A DNA stretch of 63,498 nt, the filler included, from Hyphochytrium catenoides (lineage: Eukaryota; Protista; Hyphochytriomycota): NCBI GenBank assembly GCA_900088475.1. It is 10 parts of 10 records of this genome, joined end to end, with 100 filler letters (N's around TTAATTAATTAA, not from the genome) between each part and the next. Parts side by side here need not be neighbours in the genome. Positions count along the whole stretch, not along the records: positions 12,193 to 42,483 come from FLMG01003316.1; positions 42,584 to 45,584 come from FLMG01002223.1; positions 45,685 to 48,753 come from FLMG01002164.1; positions 48,854 to 53,079 come from FLMG01002692.1; 6 more parts are not named here. One strand, given 5' to 3'. The position numbers were made by a program, and so were the translations under genes. Below are positions 37,983 to 51,073 of the stretch, in pieces. The notes under the pieces are model-generated. The model was given only the letters and a program-made list of their open reading frames with translations. It did not search any database and was not told where the DNA came from. The number at the start of each line of letters is the position of its first letter. The stretch's first letter is position 1.

Positions 37983-39801
37983 TGAGAGGGAGAGAGAGAG
38001 GTATACACGGGAGAATGTCCGTCTTCGTCTCCTTTCCCTGCACTGAGATCCAAAAGCAGCTCCGCAGAAGGAAGCCTCAAAGTTTTATCGGAGATCGGCC
38101 GCTGATTGGCGCTATGGCGGCATTGAGAGCCACTAACGGCCATCAGCCGCCGTCCAAAGCTCCGCCAAAAATCCAACGAAGTGCTAAAGCGGCGAAGGAT
38201 TAGGAATCTGCTGTCCAGATTATACCTGTATTAGGGTCACGGGAGGAATAGGACTAAGAGACAGCGATTATGACAGAGCCATTGGCAGCTTCAGAATCGA
38301 AGCAAGCTGCTATTCTCCAGATATTGGCGACAATCTGAATCTGAAGCTCAATAGACTCAGCTCACCACGGTGCTTGAGCTACTTCCGGCTACTTGAGACC
38401 TATGGAACTTCGAATATGAAGTACTAACTTTCCAAAGTGGCGGGTTCAGCCACGCGCAGCACTGAATCAGTTGTTCGTCTTTTTACTCTAGGGAGGATCA
38501 TTTTGAAGCCAGCGGACGGAACGATGTTGAGTGGACCATTTTTCTGAGGAAGCATCTTGGATTGCTATAAGATTTGATGAGAACCTGCTATTCTTGGCCT
38601 CGCTGGATCGACATGGCTGTACCGCGCTGTTTGCACCTTGAGGGCAACAACAGAAGATGTAGGGCTGGAAGAAGACTTTCGGAAGATGCTGGTAGCATTT
38701 ATCCAGGTTCTTCATTGCCAGAGGGTGCACCACACCAGCCACGTTCCCCTCAAAATCAACAGTATCTCTTCGCTGGAACCATGCTATGCTCTTTTTGGTG
38801 GTCACATTATTGAAGCTAATGCGGGATCGCGCCATCAGTCGTTGCTGCTCTCGTCGATGATACTGATACAGTGCCTGGTGGTGACGATGAGGTTGATGAT
38901 TATAGTACACTCATTCAGGATGCTATCACTGCTGTTTGCGCTATGATACGGCAGGCAAGCCATGAGGACCTACAATGAGGTTGAAGCAGCGAACAATTGT
39001 TGTTGGCTGCTACAGAAGGCAATGTCGTTGGCTTTATTGAAGGCAACAAAGAGAAGAGAAGATGGAAGAGAAGGCCTATGCGCCAGCCACTCATCCATCA
39101 TCACTAGTAAGCGTCATCTAGCAGCAGCAGTCACCAGGTATGAATGAAGGGAAGGTGCACTCATCAGAGGACGAGGCACAACAATATCGTAGATCTATAG
39201 GAAAGAAAGACGTTGTTATCGAGGTTGAAGCAGAAGAAGAGTTTTCAAATAATAAAAGGAGCCGTGCCTTCCATCATCCGCCTCTACCTCACTCCTCTAC
39301 GCCCGCAGGCAAAGAGTCGAGACATCTTCTAATGCCCTCTGAAGCTATGAGAAAGATAGAAGAAGAACGTTAAGATGCATGCATCATGTCCTTGATCATC
39401 ATCTCTGCCAATAACAACTTCGAGCAAAAAAAATCTGCCTCGAATCTCTTCTTCGTCTGTCTTCTTCCTCAGTTGGGGGTTTCAGCGCCACGACTGGTTA
39501 TCAAATTCTAGTTACCGCGAGTAAACGTCTTCCTTGATTAGTTCTTTTCTTGGGGTGGCAAAGGGTTCAATGTTTCCGAACTATTCAGTATTATTTTCCG
39601 GTTGGGAAAAACACAGCCTTAATTGCTATTTACTTCAGAAAGGTATCCCTAGAAACTTTAAACCTCTTATTGGGCTGACAAGAAACTGCCGCATCACTAG
39701 CCCATCCATCCTATAGCTTAAATTTGCCGATGAGGTGGGTGGGTATGAACTGCTACCCTTTTCCGCTGTTTTTCTCTCTTTCTCTCTCTCTCTCTTTCTC
39801 T

Positions 39802-39841
<40 letters not shown>

Positions 39842-40012
39842 CTTGCGCTCTAACCCCACCAGTATCTCCTGGCTCTCTTTTGCTCCTCTCTCTCCCTCTC
39901 TCTTCTCTCTCTCTCTCTCTCACACACTCTCTCTCTTCTCTCACTTCATTTCTGTTACGGAGTATTGCTTTTAGCATTGAGTTGTTCCCCTTGTTCTCCG
40001 CTTCACACTTTC

Positions 40013-40052
<40 letters not shown>

Positions 40053-40821
40053 AAGGAGAGAAAGACTGTGGCCGTTGGGAAGTCTGCAACTACTTGGACG
40101 CCGCATCTTTCTCTCTCATTTTTGAGGAAGAACCGTTGGACTCAACAGCTTAGATGGCTCTATTGGAGTCCTTTCTTCTCTCTTGAAGCCTCCTTGGACC
40201 TTAACAGTTCGCGCTTTCCTTCTCCTTCTCTCTCTCACTTTCCTCTCTCTCTACTTCTCTCTTGAAACTCTTCCTCTCCTCCTCTGTCTCTCCCGCTGCC
40301 TCTCTCTCTTCCCGACTCGGCTTGCTTTCCTCTTTGTTCTGTCGTTTCGCCTACTACTCTCTCTCTCTCTTCCGGACTGGAAGGCCACCGACAGACAGAA
40401 AGGATCAGCGGTTTCCTTTTCCAAGCACTGTGCGGACGTGAAGACGGCCATCCTCTCTCCTCTCTCTCAACCCTTCTCTCTCTCTCTCTCGGTCTCTCTC
40501 TCTCTCTCTGCCCTTCTCTCTCTCTCCATCTCTCTCTCTCTTCTGCTTATTGCTGCCCATCCTCTCCCACAGCGCTATATCGAGTGCCTGTCTTTGGCAA
40601 GGTGAGGCAAATCCCCTAAAGAAGCCAAGGTCAAAAGCTTGGACTTTCTGAAGCGTTACGCGCTCGTCGTCACCTTCACCCCACGCCGCCAATCGGCAAC
40701 CTTCTCTCTCAATCTGCAGTCTCCGTAAAGCTCAATCTGCCAGATTTATCTTCCAGCAAGCCTTTTCAAAGGACAGAGAAAACCAGAGAGAGAACCTCTT
40801 GGGAAAAAGAGAGAGAAGAAA

Positions 40822-41068
40822 ATGTCTACTCTGACAAGCGGAAACATCAAGTTCCTGGCGGTGGCGCGTGCCTCTGACAAGGCCGTGCTGGCCCATCACA
40901 TCCACTCCGCGAAGGATGGAGAGAAGAACACGTACATGGACATGATGACCAAGGTTCTCCGGGCGCCAACCTGGCAGGAGCAGGTCGCGCCGAACAGCCG
41001 GCACACTCTTGAGTGTGAGCCGAACAAGGTAAAGAGCGGAAGAGAGAGGGTTGAAGAGAGATGAGAAG

Positions 41069-41111
<43 letters not shown>

Positions 41112-41193
41112 CTGTTTAGGAAGTCGAAGGCGAGAGAACCAATCGGGGGGAAGAAGACAACATTGCCATGAGATATCGAGAGAAAGAAGGAAA

Positions 41194-41231
<38 letters not shown>

Positions 41232-41475
41232 AGTGCAGAAGAGGATAAGCGAGGACCAGTACCGTCTGACGCTGACTCTGTCTCTTTCGGTTCTCTGTCT
41301 TTTTCTCTTGCTTGCCCAGTTCCACTTCACAATGGACGATCAGCAGCGAGTCTATATCCTCATCGCCGCCAGCGACTACCCTGTCAGACTCACCTTCGAG
41401 TTGCTTGAGAAGCTCAAGCAGGAAGTCGTACAGAAGCATGCACAGGCTTCGTTAACTGTCAAGGAGGTAACAATC

Positions 41476-41517
<42 letters not shown>

Positions 41518-42318
41518 TCTTATTTATCAGGGATGGCAGCTCTTTCTCTCTCTCCTTCTCATTCGACTCTCTGGGTGTGTCTCAGTAAAACTCTAGCATC
41601 GCTCTCCAGCTTCTCCATCTCTCTCTCTCTTTTTCTCTCTCTCTCTCCTTTCACTAAGTAAATGCTCACTGTCTTCTTTGTCCTCACACCTTTGTCCAGA
41701 ACGGTCTCAAGGACATCCAGAAGAAGCTGAAGGAGCTGGCCGTAGAATATGATGACCGTACCAAGGGCGACAAGGACAAGGTGGCCAAGGTTCAGGCGCA
41801 GGTTGACTCTGTAAAGAGCACGATGCAGGACAACATCAAGATGGTGCTGCAGAACACGGAGAAGATGGAGAATATGGAGGCAAAGTCCAGTGAGCTGAGC
41901 TCTCAGGCCAAGGTCTGTGCATTCTTCCTCAATCCTCTCTATTAACTAGGAGCTAGCGCCTTTCTCTCTCTCTCTCTCTTTTTTTCTCTCTCTCTCTCTC
42001 TCTTGCTTTATGGAGAAAACTGAGTTTCTTTCCTCTTGGAGGCAAGATAAACAGGATGGATAACTTCTATAAAGTGGAGAGGATCGACCTGGAAAATTGC
42101 TCGGTTCAGTTGGCTAACATTCTCTCTTTCTCTTTCTCGTGGCTTCTCTCTCTTTCTCTCTCTCTCTCTAGGCCTTCAAGAACAGCGGAACAAAGTTGAA
42201 GAACGAGATGTGGTGGAGAAACTTCAAGCTGACGCTGCTTGTCGGCTTTGCAGTCATCTTCGTTCTCTTCCTCATCCTTCTCTTCGCTGGTGTCTTCTCT
42301 TCCAAGAAGAGCACCTAA
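40822..42318 (+). CDS. VAMP7: Longin-domain R-SNARE, VAMP7-like
   Basis: Exons 40822-41028, 41320-41466, 41700-41912, 42172-42318. Longin domain (DYPVRLTFELLE), SNARE motif DKVAKVQAQVDSVKSTMQDNI, MWWRNFK, C-terminal TM. Confidence 0.92.
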
Positions 42319-44346
42319 TCTTTTAGTAGTAAATATATAAGGCATGTCTTCTCCCGTTCCCTAGCCTTCTGGCGGGTGCTGCTTGGCTCTTGGGCAAAGA
42401 GTTCCATCTTCACGGCGTTGTTGTCCCAGATAGTCGACTCTCTCTCTCCCCGTCTCTCTGTCTCTCTGTCTCTCTCTCTCTCTNNNNNNNNNNNNNNNNN
42501 NNNNNNNNNNNNNNNNNNNNNNNNNNNTTAATTAATTAANNNNNNNNNNNNNNNNNNNNNNNNNNNNNNNNNNNNNNNNNNNNAGAATCAGACCCAAAAC
42601 CCGCTTTTTCTCTTTCACTTTGTCCGTTTTTGGATTATTGGTGTCTTTTCGCTGCTCTGTCTTCTACTGTCATCACCTCTGTTTTCTGTCACCCCTCTCA
42701 TACTCCCTCTCTGTCTCTTTTACCTCTCATCTCTCGGCAATATATCTAGAGATCTTATTATTATTACTATTATTTTCGGTGGCGTAGTGTACAAGAAGTG
42801 AGCCATTTTCCTTACAACCCCCTCAGTCCCCCCTCCCCCTTTTCACCGTCAACTCTGTTTTCTTCCGCTCCCACGAATATATTATTGTAGAACTCTAAAA
42901 TTCGGTTGAAGAAAGAGATAGGCAAGACATATCATTTATGGGGGATTCCAGGTCAGTGGTCGAGAATAAAATTGCTCCCAAAAGTACGATTCCTATCTGC
43001 GATTTGGGTGTAAACGTCGTTGGCGGACCTTAATATCGGGTAGCGGTATTTGCGTGGAACATGACCTGTTACATTCGGGCTCCTAGGGTTTCTATTACGG
43101 TGCTTCTAGAACTAGCTCCTGGCTTCTGTTGTTGCTTTCGTGTAGAAGAATCATGGAGAGAGTTATACTCGTACGGATTATCAGAATTCTGAAGGAACTG
43201 GGCCGCCGTCAAAATCTCAGAGACTCAGAAAGTTCTGATCTTCATCAGGAGTCCCAAAAGGCCTGGCAGGCCCAAAGTCTCAGAGAAGATCCGCTCTTCA
43301 CTGCACCTGAGACACAATTGGACACGCAATCCATAGAGATCGAAACAGCAGTGCCTGAGTTTCAAAGTCGTAAGATGTGATGCAGGCGACGGAGGACAAG
43401 CATCGTAGAGCGGCAAGCACCGCTCGCTTCTTCTGCCGCTTCCTCGATGAAAGAAGAATGTCGGCCTAGAAGCTGGTTATGACATGATGACAGGAGCTCG
43501 AAGTGATACGTACACCTCATGGCCTTTGTGGCAGCACGGTTCTACCATCATAACTTTGAAGAAAAGACAATACATTACTATCCCTCGTTTGCGTTGGGTC
43601 TGACAGGCAGAGGGAGAGTTACAAAGCAGCCATCCTCATGGCTTTGCTACATGATGAGCGAAGAGGGTGAAGACAAAGGGACAGACAAAGAAGAAGCCCT
43701 GATGAAGGAGGAAAAATGGGCGGGAAAGAAGCTATGACAAGTGGGCTGGAGGTGCAGGAGAGAGAGATGTGAGGTAGACGACAAACAGGATAAGCCCGGG
43801 GAGATGTTCCTTAACTCCGACTATTAACTCTATAGCCCTTGAGCGCGGTGGGCCATGGAAAGAAGAAGACCGGAGAAAAGATAGGGGAGGCGTGAATTCT
43901 CTCTTCTACTACTTCTCTTCATTGTCTCCGTTTCTCCTTCCTTCTTTGTTCCCATGGCCTTCTCTTTATCTCTTCTATACATCCCATCCCGATGTATCGT
44001 TGCCCCGAGGAGATACAGAAGAGACTAGCTTGTAGGCCCTCTAGGCTGAGAGAGGAGAGAGACCATAGGAGAAAATATCCTAGCAACGAGGCAACAAGGG
44101 CAAAGAGAGTGTTTGCCTGTTGTCACCCCCAGTTCGTGCTTAAATCATAGTCTCCTCGGACATCCGCCAACCCATAAAGGCTGGCCGCCAGCTATTGAAG
44201 GATGTTCCTGGCAAACTATGATGATCCTTGTGTCTGGCTTTGCTCTAATAAGACGGTCATCTCTGTTGATAATAGGGAGTGCTAGAACTGGCAGTGAGAG
44301 GGAAGAAGACAGTAGCATGCGGAGAGAACATCGCTCTGATTTTGTT

Positions 44347-45558
44347 TCATTGTTCTATTGCAACTGCATTCACATGCGGGGCTTCATAGGATACTGTGCC
44401 AGTAAGAAAGTAAAGGCGCCTGTCTGCTCCTCCTCCCCGCCTCAGTCTGATGAGCGCTGAAGATGAGAGAATAGCGGAGATATCGGTGGGCAAGGCGCGG
44501 AAGACGGGAGAACAGGCAACTGCCAGATGATAGAGAAGAGGAAGGGAGAAGAGAATGATCGTCGTTTGCCTGCCGACTATGAAGCTATCGGTGGTAAAGT
44601 CTAAGATACTAATAGCGTCTGCATGCGTGCCTTCTCCTACACTTTGGCCATCATCCTTCTCGCCATCTTCCACATACTTGGTAATCTGAATCACTGTCCG
44701 GGCTCTGATGTACAGCTGATTGCCATCCTCCACGAAGACGATTCCGTAGAGTAACCAAGACAAAGTAGCCAAAAGAGGCAGAAGAACTGCCACGCCGATA
44801 AACTGCTTAGTAATAAGAGCCTTCTGTTGAGCTCCGGTTGTCGTCTCTTGTGCTGGTAAGACAGGGAGAATAGCATCACTGAAGAGACAAGCCACAAAGA
44901 GAAGTGTCCAAGAGAGAAGGACCATACAGCGCTCATCATACTCAAACNNNNNNNNNNNNNNNNNNNNNNNNNNNNNNNNNNNNNNNNNNNNNNNNNNNNN
45001 NNNNNNNNNNNNNNNNNNNNNNNNNNNNNNNNNNNNNNNNNNNNNNNNNNNNNNNNNNNNNNNGGAGATAGCGTTCCAGATGAGGGTTAGGCTAGCCATG
45101 AAGGGAGAGACCCACGATAAATCGGAGGAGGAACGTGGCGATATCTTCCTCCGGTTTCCCAGGTAGAAAGCTACAGGGACCATGAAGGCCACGCCGATAA
45201 AGATAAAGGTCCGCACGGGGAAGCGGCATCTTCGACAACAAGCACTGGGTCCCTGCAGGTCCATTCTTTGCTTTGTGTCGCAGGTAAAGCTTTCCTTGTT
45301 AGCTGCATCTTTTGCTCTTTGGTCGTCTCCTGCAAACTTTCGAGTCTCTTTCTCCGTGCGTTCGTTAGGGACGACCCTTCTCGTTGTTCTGTCTCTGAGA
45401 ACAGTGTGAAGCTTTCCTCTGTCTGCAACTGCTTCGTCTCCTCTCTCGGGCACACTTTTCGTCCAAAGTATGCTGGCACCACACACCCTCCAACAAGCAG
45501 CCGCAAGTTCTTCGGACAGCCGTCTAAAAAGGCTGTCCCCCGCTTGTACTTCTTGCAA
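44347..45558 (-). CDS. Hypothetical multi-pass membrane protein (gapped, exon structure uncertain)
   Basis: Open frame on both sides of an N gap with several hydrophobic segments. No family recognised. Confidence 0.35.
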   Translation of the reverse strand: MQEVQAGDSLFRRLSEELAAACWRVCGASILWTKSVPERGDEAVADRGKLHTVLRDRTTRRVVPNERTEKETRKFAGDDQRAKDAANKESFTCDTKQRMDLQGPSACCRRCRFPVRTFIFIGVAFMVPVAFYLGNRRKISPRSSSDLSWVSPFMASLTLIWNAISXXXXXXXXXXXXXXXXXXXXXXXXXXXXXXXXXXXXXXXFEYDERCMVLLSWTLLFVACLFSDAILPVLPAQETTTGAQQKALITKQFIGVAVLLPLLATLSWLLYGIVFVEDGNQLYIRARTVIQITKYVEDGEKDDGQSVGEGTHADAISILDFTTDSFIVGRQTTIILFSLPLLYHLAVACSPVFRALPTDISAILSSSALIRLRRGGGADRRLYFLTGTVSYEAPHVNAVAIEQ

Positions 45559-48500
45559 AGCGCCAGGCCAAGAGAGAGTAAGAGNNNNNNNNNNNNNNNN
45601 NNNNNNNNNNNNNNNNNNNNNNNNNNNNTTAATTAATTAANNNNNNNNNNNNNNNNNNNNNNNNNNNNNNNNNNNNNNNNNNNNGACAATCCAGCAGCTG
45701 TACGGCATCTCGCAGCGCTGAAGAATGACAACCTAATTGAAAAGTGGAGTTGAGAGGAACCTTGACAACATTGTGGGGGCATCCTAGGCTGTACAAAGCT
45801 CATCCTCTCCTCCCAAAGATCCTAATTGCATCCATGCCCCAGAGCCTAACGGTGGGCAAGCATCTAGCACTGAGCTGCTCGAATATCCTTTCTTCTTGGC
45901 TCCTAGAAAGTTCTTTCCTTGCTCCTAGTCCGTCCCCCATTCACTGCCTCTCTTGGGCCTCTTACCGCCATAATTGACCAGCAACGCGCTAGGAGGGCGC
46001 TGGTGCTCGGCGGAGAGTCTGTCGATCAGGTTCCCTTCGTGGTTGCTACTCATAATCTCTACCTCATCGAACGCGAGGTGCTTGCCCACAGCCTTGAGAT
46101 GCTTAATGACAACAGCCTCCTTCGTCTTGGTCCTGGATGGCGGGAAGAAGACATATGACATATAGAAAGGCCCTAGAGCTAAAGACGCGATGGCGCCTTG
46201 AAAGCGTAGGCGCAGGTGCCACCTCCCTGGAGACTGCTCTGATCATCTTTCTCTCTTCCTATATCTATAGCAGCTCTTACAGTCTCTCTCCAACCTTTCT
46301 TCATCTGTGAGGCACCCCTTCGTTTACGCTTTCGGTCCCTCTCTCATACTCTTGTCTGCGCCATCCTTCCTCTCCTGTCTAACCCTGTCCGTTGCTTGCC
46401 TACTATCAGCAAGGTACTTGCAACCATGAACAGGGGAGGGCCTTTGGCAGAGAGAAGAGGCGGTTGTGTCTTACCCTTGTAGCTCGCCTCCGAAGAAGAC
46501 GTTTGCGCCATTAAGGATGAGAACTCGGCCGCGCTTTCCTCTTCTCTCCTCTCTCTCTTTCTCAGCTTCTCCATCGTGGTCCTCCATTGTTGAGCGATCT
46601 GGCCCTTCGTCCGTAGGTGGACCCTTGCTATCATGGTCACCTCTAATCAGGGTGCCTAACTTTTCAGCTCCCTTTTGCCCAGGACCTGGTCTGAGCTGAT
46701 CGTCAACCTCGCTAGACTTTAAGGAGCCCAAGAAGCTCTCCATCTCTATTGTCAGTGAGACGTCATCGTCAGACAGACAGGGCGGAATATACGGATAAAA
46801 CAGAGTAGTTGAAAGTTGTACCGCTGTTAAGCTCGTCTATGGCCTTCTCATAGCGGCTCACATCTCTCTCCTTCCGTGGCGGGGAAGGCGACAAGAAGTC
46901 ATTAAAGAAGCGCTGGATCACGACGCCATTCGCTTTCCGAACATGTCTGGAGAAGGTCGTGCAAAGTTATTGTAGCATCGACGGGTAAGCAAACATTTGT
47001 TGAGAGCACGCGCCGCAGCAGGCGTTTTGCACGCACCTCTGGACCGTGGTGGCTGGCAAAGAAGGTGCCACACTGCTGACTAAGAGCAGCTGTGCGGCGG
47101 ACCGCTGGGCTAGCCTCTTAGTCGTGGAGAGTATCACATTCATCTTCCCCTTTCAGCCATCCGCAGCTTGGCTTCTCTAATGCCTACCTACCTACCTTTC
47201 CCCTTCACCGCTTAAGAGAAGCTTGGCATCCTCTTGCAGCTCGCCGTGGAAGGCAGCAAGCAGGCCTGGTCCCAGGCTGTTCCTGTCCTCAGCACGCTGG
47301 ATAATTGCTTTCAATAGACCTTTTGAAGCTTCAAGGATTTCACTACTTTAAGGCGTTATGTGCCTCCGCTCGCCGAAAAGGAGCCCGAATAGCCCTTATA
47401 TAAAAGTGAGGCACCGAGAATTAGTGATTTGCCAGACGTAAGATTAACAAGGTATTGTGCGAAAGGAAAGCGAAGTGCCGAAGGTAAAGATGAAGGTAAA
47501 GTAGACGCTCTCATACGAAGAAATAATTCTTCAGCATAACTAGCGCAGATGCAGGAGCAGCAGCAGATCTCCTACCACCAGCTAGCGAAGGAAGCACCGG
47601 AGGCTGCAGCAGCCGACGTAGTGACGGCAAAGCAGCGGAGAACGACAAGAAGAAGAGCTTAAGAACCATTTTGTTGAGACCTCCCTCCATCATCACCCCC
47701 ACGTCTGTATGGTGCCTAGAGCGACTACTGTCGATATACAGAGAAGAGAACAGCAAGAAGGAAGAGTCCCAGTGCGACGACTTAATGCAGACGCTTGGAG
47801 CGGTGCTTGGTCCACTACCATAAGACAGAGTGCATGGTAGGCAAGGAGAGAAGAAAGGGCAAAAGAACACCTGCTTGAAGAGAGAGTCAGGGGTTGTTAG
47901 TGCAAGATGCCTCGTTGATCTAAGAACAGACCGAGAGCAGGAGCCGAAAATCTAGTGGACGCGTTAGCCAAAAGATAGAGCAAACGGGCGGGTCCTTATC
48001 CTCTTCTGTCACTAAAGGAACGGCTCTATAGAACAATTCAGACGCTTTGCTGCCTGTTTCCCGGTGACTACAGAGGAAGTGCTCTCTTTTTGTCCTTTCA
48101 CTCTGATCTGTCCTCCGCCGCACTGAGGACACAGTCCTAAAGAAGCGAAAGCGCCTCGGACCATCTCCTCCAGCACTCCTCTCGTCTCATCCGCTACCTA
48201 GCTCCCCTTTTCACCCGGGAGAGACATGCGTCTTATTGTCCAATGTATGATGTGTGACGAGTAAGAGCTTCTACGGCTAGTTATTGATTAGAAGGTAGTA
48301 TCGCATGTGCGAGAAGAGAAGACCTGAAGAACGTCTCACAGCGGCTACATTGGATACGCTTTGTGCTCGTCTTGCTAGTCAGCCAAAGAATAGGAAGCGC
48401 AAGAGGTAGGATGCATACAGAGGTAAGGCTCAGTAGGTAATGAGGCTCACCATCCCTACCAATATGCCATTCAGAACAGCCGACGGGCCGTCTGGGCCAT

Positions 48501-48639
48501 TGGATCAGAAGGATAGACGTTGGATGCTGCTAGATACACCGTCGTATAATAGAACAGTGGCGCAAAGTCGATAGTCCTCGGTTTGGGTTCTGGGATAAGG
48601 GTACCGAAACAACTAACTTCATCTTCTGTGCTGAGGAGG

Positions 48640-48753
48640 TCATGGTGCACTGGTAGGAGCGTCCGTGGGAGCTTCTGTCGGTGCGTCAGTGGGAGCTTCT
48701 GTCGGTGCGTCAGTGGGAGCATCTGTTGGTGCGTCAGTGGGAGCATCTGTTGG
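48640..48753 (-). CDS. C-terminus of a mucin-like (PTDA/PTEA)n protein; 12/24-bp tandem repeat
   Basis: Reverse complement reads PTDAPTDAPTDAPTDAPTEAPTDAPTEAPTDAPTSAP*. The ORF track reports a different frame. Confidence 0.75.
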   Translation of the reverse strand, partial: PTDAPTDAPTDAPTDAPTEAPTDAPTEAPTDAPTSAP

Positions 48754-48853
48754 NNNNNNNNNNNNNNNNNNNNNNNNNNNNNNNNNNNNNNNNNNNNTTA
48801 ATTAATTAANNNNNNNNNNNNNNNNNNNNNNNNNNNNNNNNNNNNNNNNNNNN

Positions 48854-49392
48854 CTGCCACGACCTCTCAAGGCAAAGTGTCCGGCTCCCTGTTGCCTCCC
48901 ACCCCAACGACCTCATCTCCTGGCGGTCAGTGCGGCCTCGTCCAGCCAAACACGGACTTCTATGGCGACGATCTTAGCAATGTCCCTGGTAAGACACCTG
49001 GAGACTGCTGCAAGCCCTGCCAGGAGCTCTCAGGCTGCTCCGCCTGGACTTGGAGCAGCTACAATGGAGGGACATGCTGGCTGAAGAGTGGGCAAGGACA
49101 GAAGAAGAGCGCTGCGGGTCTGACGTCTGGGACGGTAGTGACGCCAGTCCATCCTACCACCGCTGCACCTACCACGGCGCCACCCTCTGGCGCGTGCTCT
49201 GGGTCATGCCTGATCGCCAACTATCAGCCTTATGGCTGGGCCACCGCGCCTCATGCGCCTCCTTGCTGGATCCAGCAGGACGGGTACTTTAGCTGCTTTG
49301 CTTATGGCAGCGACGGAAAGTGTCCCTGGCCCAATGAGGTGGACTGTGGGTTCAAGGGCTTCACGATGCCCAAGCGCGGGCTGCGAACTTAG
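48854..49392 (+). CDS. PAN/Apple-domain protein with a C-terminal Cys-rich module (5' partial, probably secreted)
   Basis: CGLVQPNTDFYGDDLSNV...DCCKPCQELSGCSAWTWSSYNGGTCWLKS is a PAN_4 pattern as in oomycete CBEL-type proteins, with Thr/Pro linkers. Confidence 0.85.
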
Positions 49393-50479
49393 GCGGCAGC
49401 AGCAGTATGACGGGGAACAGAAAGACCGATAAGGGCTGATAATAGCTTAGGGTTAGGCATCGGCTCCCTTCCTGTCTGTGCCAGAGTTGCCTGAGTTTCC
49501 TACTATCCATAAGGAGTATTAAGTGAGCTAGTTTAAAATTTTTCCCTGTCTTATACATCGTCAGCTATCCTATACGTGGGCTAGATAGTTCTCTGTCTTC
49601 GGCAGAGAGCTTTGCAGGGGACGCTCAATCGAGAAGACGCGGCTTAGAATCAGCAGATGAGTGGACGCTAATGCTCTATCGTCTGATGTCGGCCAGTCCG
49701 AGAGAGGAAGGTTATGGCTTGCCCGCTAGCTAGACCCTAACGCAGGTTAAGACGTGCTTATGTCTCACTATTCCTCTGTCCGCCTCTCTCCTCTCTCTCA
49801 CTTTTCTATCTTTTCACCAGCAACGTCAGCGCTGCGTCACTTCTTCCCAGCAACATAGAAGATAAGTATGCCAAGCTGTCTCCAGCTCGGCTGGCGAAGA
49901 CTCTTCGGTTACGGCTATTCTCTGTTGAATATCAATGTCTGTCATTGGGCGCATCAGCAGGAAGAGCACTATAGAGGCAGAGGACTGTAGGGGATGCACA
50001 GTGGCTGGATGGAGAGGAGCATAGCTCAATCCACGTAGAAGACGTTGAGACCTTGACGACTGTCAGAGCTGATTCTATAGAGTAGCAAGCTTTGATGAGT
50101 TCTCAATCAGGCTCTTCTCTTGAGCTACCGTCATACGGGCTACATGTGGAAGAGCAGACGGAATAAGACTTCTCGCTGATGAAGCTGTGAGACGAGAGAG
50201 ACAGAGGCATCGGAAAGCCAGAGAGAGAGAGACGATAAAGGGAGAGAAAGGTAGGGAGAGAAAGCTCCTATGACCCCAGGGTCTGCAGAGCTGGGACTAC
50301 TGTTAACTAGTGCTGTTATTCAATAGTTTAGTGCCTTGGAAGCACTGTCAGCTGTGTGAACGTCTCGGAGCTTTGAAAGACTGAGCAGAGGAGGATAGAG
50401 CGACCAAGTGAAGGCCCTCCTTTCTTTCTTTTGTTCACTCTTTTCTCTTGCTCCTGATCCCTGTTAGTCCTGTTCGGGC

Positions 50480-51031
50480 TTATAGGAGAGAACAGGTACA
50501 GCCCGTCACGGTTGACGCCTGCGATCCCCGTTTCCCTCTCCTGCCTCGTCTATCTTTCATCAGCTTCTTCTCTGCCTCGGACAGAACAAGCTCGGCACGG
50601 AAGGAAAGCTTCCCATGTTCCAGCCCGGCGTAGATGACAGGAAGAGAGAAAGAGACAGGTCCGTCATCTTCTGCTTCTTCGATCTCTACCAGCGGCAGAA
50701 CAGAGACACCTAGGAAGTAGAGAAGAGGGATAAAGTGAGAAGATAATGAGGAAGAGGGAGAAGATCCTCTAAGGCAAACTCGGGAGAGGGGAAGGCCCTG
50801 AAGTTACCGCTTGCCAAGCAAAATGGAAGAAGTACGCTGAGACACAGGCAGACATGAAGAGAGAGAAAGAGAGAGAGGCGGGTAGAACCGTACTGCTGAC
50901 CTATGAGATCGTCGTGTCCTGCTGCATCCTTGTCAAAGAGAGCAAAGACAATGTGTAGGCTCTCCAGCATATCGAAGTTTGCCACAGCTAAAGGAAGAGA
51001 AGGGACCTCGTGGTCCTCCCACCTGGACATC

Positions 51032-51073
<42 letters not shown>

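Noticed and set aside
38380-39400. Transposase or recombinase remnant
   Set aside because: Coding-like composition but no recognisable motif or terminal repeats.
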